Virus record (IMG/VR): IMGVR_UViG_3300005611_000076
Coordinates: 1 to 39,086 of that record
DNA from: a virus
Taxonomy: Duplodnaviria > Caudoviricetes
DNA length: 39,086 nt
Reading direction: 5' to 3' (one strand)
The stretch's first letter is position 1. Each line of letters begins with the position of its first letter. Below, in pieces: positions 36,765 through 39,086 of the stretch. The translations under genes and the position numbers were made by a program. The notes under the pieces were generated by a model. That model made no database searches. It was not told the origin of the DNA and was given only the letters and a program-made list of their open reading frames with translations.

Positions 36765-36940
36765 CTAGTGTTTCGATATCCGAAAGGGTTAGGGGAAGGG
36801 AAGGGGCGGCAACCGCTAGGACCGTTAGGCCGAACCCGCTAGGTACTGTCCGGTGCTGTCCAATGTTATATGCTGTCCGTCCATTCGGTACTATAAAGCC
36901 GTCTAATCGCTAGCCAGACTGCACGGCCATACGGTGCCGC

Positions 36941-37000
36941 GAAAAAAAATTCAGAAAAGTGTTGCGCTCCGGTTTCGAAGTGTGATTATAATACGCCATC
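36941..37000 (+). promoter_or_regulatory. Strong early promoter with UP element, rrn-like
   Basis: A-tract GAAAAAAAAATTCAGAAAA, TTGCGC (36962-36967), TATAAT (36987-36992), then ACGCCATC. The 19-bp spacer is atypical. Confidence 0.65.
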
Positions 37001-37042
37001 GGCACCGCTGGGGTGCCACTAACTAGACCGAGGATACATATC

Positions 37043-37471
37043 ATGAACAACTCAACCGCCATCATCGCCGACATCCGCGCCAACCTAACCACCTACTCCG
37101 ACGCTGACTTCAAAGTGTTACAGGGCCGTCTTACTCTCAATGCCTATGGTGCTGACGTTTCCGATGCGCTGGCCGAAGAGGTCATCGCTGAGCGCAAGCG
37201 CCGCGCATTCGAGGCAGATAAAGCCGCTCAAGAAGCCGAAGCCTTACTTGAAGAACACGCCGCTGAACAAATGATAGTATTCGCGGGAGATTGGGTTAAA
37301 GTTTCGGGAATGTGGCGTCAGGTGGTAGACATAGACGCTGTGAACGATGCATTCGCGCTACTCGATGCAGACGGTGAGAAGCAATGGTGGGGCACTGACG
37401 CCCCTGCAGTATTCTCGGGACATTCGAGCAATGCTGAAATGCAAGCTAAACTTGCAGAATTTGGACTATAA
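37043..37471 (+). CDS. First early protein, hypothetical (acidic)
   Basis: GAGGA RBS before ATG 37043; helical N-half and SH3-like beta C-half. Confidence 0.75.
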   Translation: MNNSTAIIADIRANLTTYSDADFKVLQGRLTLNAYGADVSDALAEEVIAERKRRAFEADKAAQEAEALLEEHAAEQMIVFAGDWVKVSGMWRQVVDIDAVNDAFALLDADGEKQWWGTDAPAVFSGHSSNAEMQAKLAEFGL

Positions 37472-37483
37472 AGGAGAGCGGTC

Positions 37484-37657
37484 ATGTATTACGATTCAGC
37501 GGAAGACATCAAAATAAGCAAGGCACGAGCTATTGCGGAATTACGGAAGCACGGGGTCTGTGGGGACGTAGAAATCCAAGAGTTTATTGCAGACGTTGAA
37601 GCAGACGCAAACGGCATGTATGATGCCCAAGCTGTGCTGGCATGGTTAGGATATTAA
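37484..37657 (+). CDS. 57-aa early hypothetical protein (MYYDSAED...VLAWLGY)
   Basis: Not in the ORF track; AAGGAG RBS; fills the gap exactly. Confidence 0.75.
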   Translation: MYYDSAEDIKISKARAIAELRKHGVCGDVEIQEFIADVEADANGMYDAQAVLAWLGY

Positions 37658-37664
37658 GGAGGGA

Positions 37665-38396
37665 ATGACAATGAGCAAAGAAACAGGTTTTGTACTATAT
37701 CGCGGACCGTCGCGCCTAGATGGCGCTCCCATCGTCGTTATTGCGACAATGTCCACCAGTAACGCCAAAACAGGGAACATGGTGCAGACTTGGGTCTTGC
37801 GCGAAGACATCGCACCACATCACGCGCTAAAGTCAGGCGATGACGCTAGCGTGTGTGGCGATTGCGTGCACCGTCCGGCCAATCAGGGCTCGTGCTACGT
37901 TACCGTATTTCAGGCCCCGCTAGCAGTGTGGAAAGCATACCAGCGCGGAGCGTACAGCACCGACATGGCGCTATTCCATCGCCGTATCCGAAACCGCAAA
38001 GTCAGGATGGGTGCCTATGGCGACCCTGCTGCCGCACCAACGGCCCTGTGGGCGACGATAGCGCGCAAGGCGGCTGGACATACTGGCTACACTCACCAAA
38101 TGGCTCACAGCGGCTTTGACGCGGCCCTGCTGGACGTATGCATGGCGTCCGCTGACACCCAAGAGCAAGCGGAGCGGTACCAAGCCGCCGGTGTCCGGTA
38201 CTTTCGTGTGGTGCGCGACAAGTCCGAGTCTATTCGCGGCGAAGTGGAATGCCTATCCGATAGCGCCGACTTATCGTGCGAAGAGTGCGGAGTATGCGAC
38301 GGCAGCGGGCGCGGCAAGGGCAAGAGCATATTCATTCAGGTACATGGCGCGAAGGCGTCCAGCTTCAACCCTGCCGACCTAATCGCGGTGGGCTAA
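37665..38396 (+). CDS. Cys-rich early protein, GP88-like / radical-SAM-like
   Basis: N.KTG, CGDC...SCY, R.GAYGDP, GYTHQ, MASAD and C...C..C..C...I..HG motifs; AAGGAGG RBS. Confidence 0.6.
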   Translation: MTMSKETGFVLYRGPSRLDGAPIVVIATMSTSNAKTGNMVQTWVLREDIAPHHALKSGDDASVCGDCVHRPANQGSCYVTVFQAPLAVWKAYQRGAYSTDMALFHRRIRNRKVRMGAYGDPAAAPTALWATIARKAAGHTGYTHQMAHSGFDAALLDVCMASADTQEQAERYQAAGVRYFRVVRDKSESIRGEVECLSDSADLSCEECGVCDGSGRGKGKSIFIQVHGAKASSFNPADLIAVG

Positions 38397-38410
38397 ACAA
38401 GGAGACTATC

Positions 38411-38800
38411 ATGCAATCAACAATCGTATACAGACCCGACTTCACCGTGGGCGGATTCATTCAAAAAATTGGCGGTCTGTACCTGTTCAGGTTTGACGAC
38501 GTGCACGGTTCGGAGTTCTTCCACGTGCACCCCGATGAATACTGGTGGTTAGACCGTGAGTGGCAGGACTTCGACGATGAGTTCCTGTATGTCGATGAGG
38601 TGGTTTTGTGCAACCTAAAGCTAGTTCGCGACGATGGCCGCTACTTCATAGATGACACCGAAGTGACCGGCAATGTATATTTGACAGACCACATTGACGA
38701 TTTGCTGTGCCGTCGTGGGTACGTTTCGGACGCTGCAGCGCAAAGCCTGCGGCAGTATCAAAACATGGTGACAATGGAGGAAGAATTTCGTGACCGATAA
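38411..38800 (+). CDS. Acidic early hypothetical protein
   Basis: AAGGAG RBS before ATG 38411. Confidence 0.7.
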   Translation: MQSTIVYRPDFTVGGFIQKIGGLYLFRFDDVHGSEFFHVHPDEYWWLDREWQDFDDEFLYVDEVVLCNLKLVRDDGRYFIDDTEVTGNVYLTDHIDDLLCRRGYVSDAAAQSLRQYQNMVTMEEEFRDR

Positions 38801-39008
38801 AGTAGAATTGTGGCAAGAATACAATCGCCTGACGCGTTTACGCCGTAGGCGCTCAGCCGCGCAGGAATTGCTACACGCTCGCCGGTATCGCAAGGCCGCG
38901 CGGGAAACTGACAGCCAATTTCTCAAGGCTACGTACCTCGAATTAGCTTATAATTGCCTGCGCCAGTCTGAAAAATGGCGGCGTATGGCTGAACAAGTGA
39001 TATTTTAG
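38790..39008 (+). CDS. Basic, Arg-rich early hypothetical protein
   Basis: GGAGG RBS before GTG; overlaps the upstream stop. Confidence 0.6.
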   Translation: MTDKVELWQEYNRLTRLRRRRSAAQELLHARRYRKAARETDSQFLKATYLELAYNCLRQSEKWRRMAEQVIF

Positions 39009-39009
39009 G

Positions 39010-39086
39010 AGGTGTGTAATGCTTTGTGACTTTGTTCTGGTGGTCGCGTTAGCGGCTGCCCTTTTCATTATACTTTCAGAAATCAA
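39010..39086. repeat. 77-bp terminal direct repeat (copy 2)
   Basis: Identical to 1-77. Confidence 0.95.

Noticed and set aside
36608-36913. 101-aa ORF in the control region
   Set aside because: It is a translation of DNA repeats, has no RBS and lies upstream of the early promoter.
39010-39086. 77-bp end repeat as the biological terminal repeat
   Set aside because: The length matches a common assembler k-mer and it cuts through an early micro-ORF. Real ends more likely lie in the 36.1-37.0 kb intergenic region.
1-39086. Integrase, phage RNA polymerase, tRNA genes, introns/inteins, alternative genetic code
   Set aside because: No supporting motifs seen; core genes are uninterrupted, of normal length, and use all three stop codons normally.

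Overview
This window is an apparently complete, circularly assembled genome (~39,009 bp; bases 1-77 equal 39010-39086) of a lytic podovirus. Its organisation is SIO1/cobavirus-like (probably Zobellviridae or a relative), and the host is probably a Gram-negative marine proteobacterium. It has two convergent arms. The + strand arm (~37.0 kb, wrapping through the contig junction to ~10.5 kb) carries small early genes, a T7 gp4-like primase-helicase, a cobalamin-dependent class II RNR, a Tyr762-type PolA, SSB, exonuclease, HNH nuclease, metallophosphoesterase and DUF3310. The - strand arm (36.1 kb to 10.4 kb) carries TerS, TerL, portal, collagen/repeat fibres, scaffold, major capsid, an S74 tail fibre, tail tube A/B, ejection proteins and lysis candidates. 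I saw no RNA polymerase, integrase, tRNA or recognisable endolysin; transcription appears to use near-consensus host sigma70 promoters. The most notable observations are: (1) an oriC-like, helically phased array of DnaA-box-like 9-mers beside an AT-rich repeat tract in the divergent control region; (2) a SutA-like RNAP-binding motif joined to an acidic tail in an early gene; (3) a Cys-rich radical-SAM-like early protein; (4) a 1367-aa virion protein with 71-aa helical repeats; (5) GATC avoidance broken only inside the receptor-binding modules. All product calls come from motif recognition by eye, not database searches.
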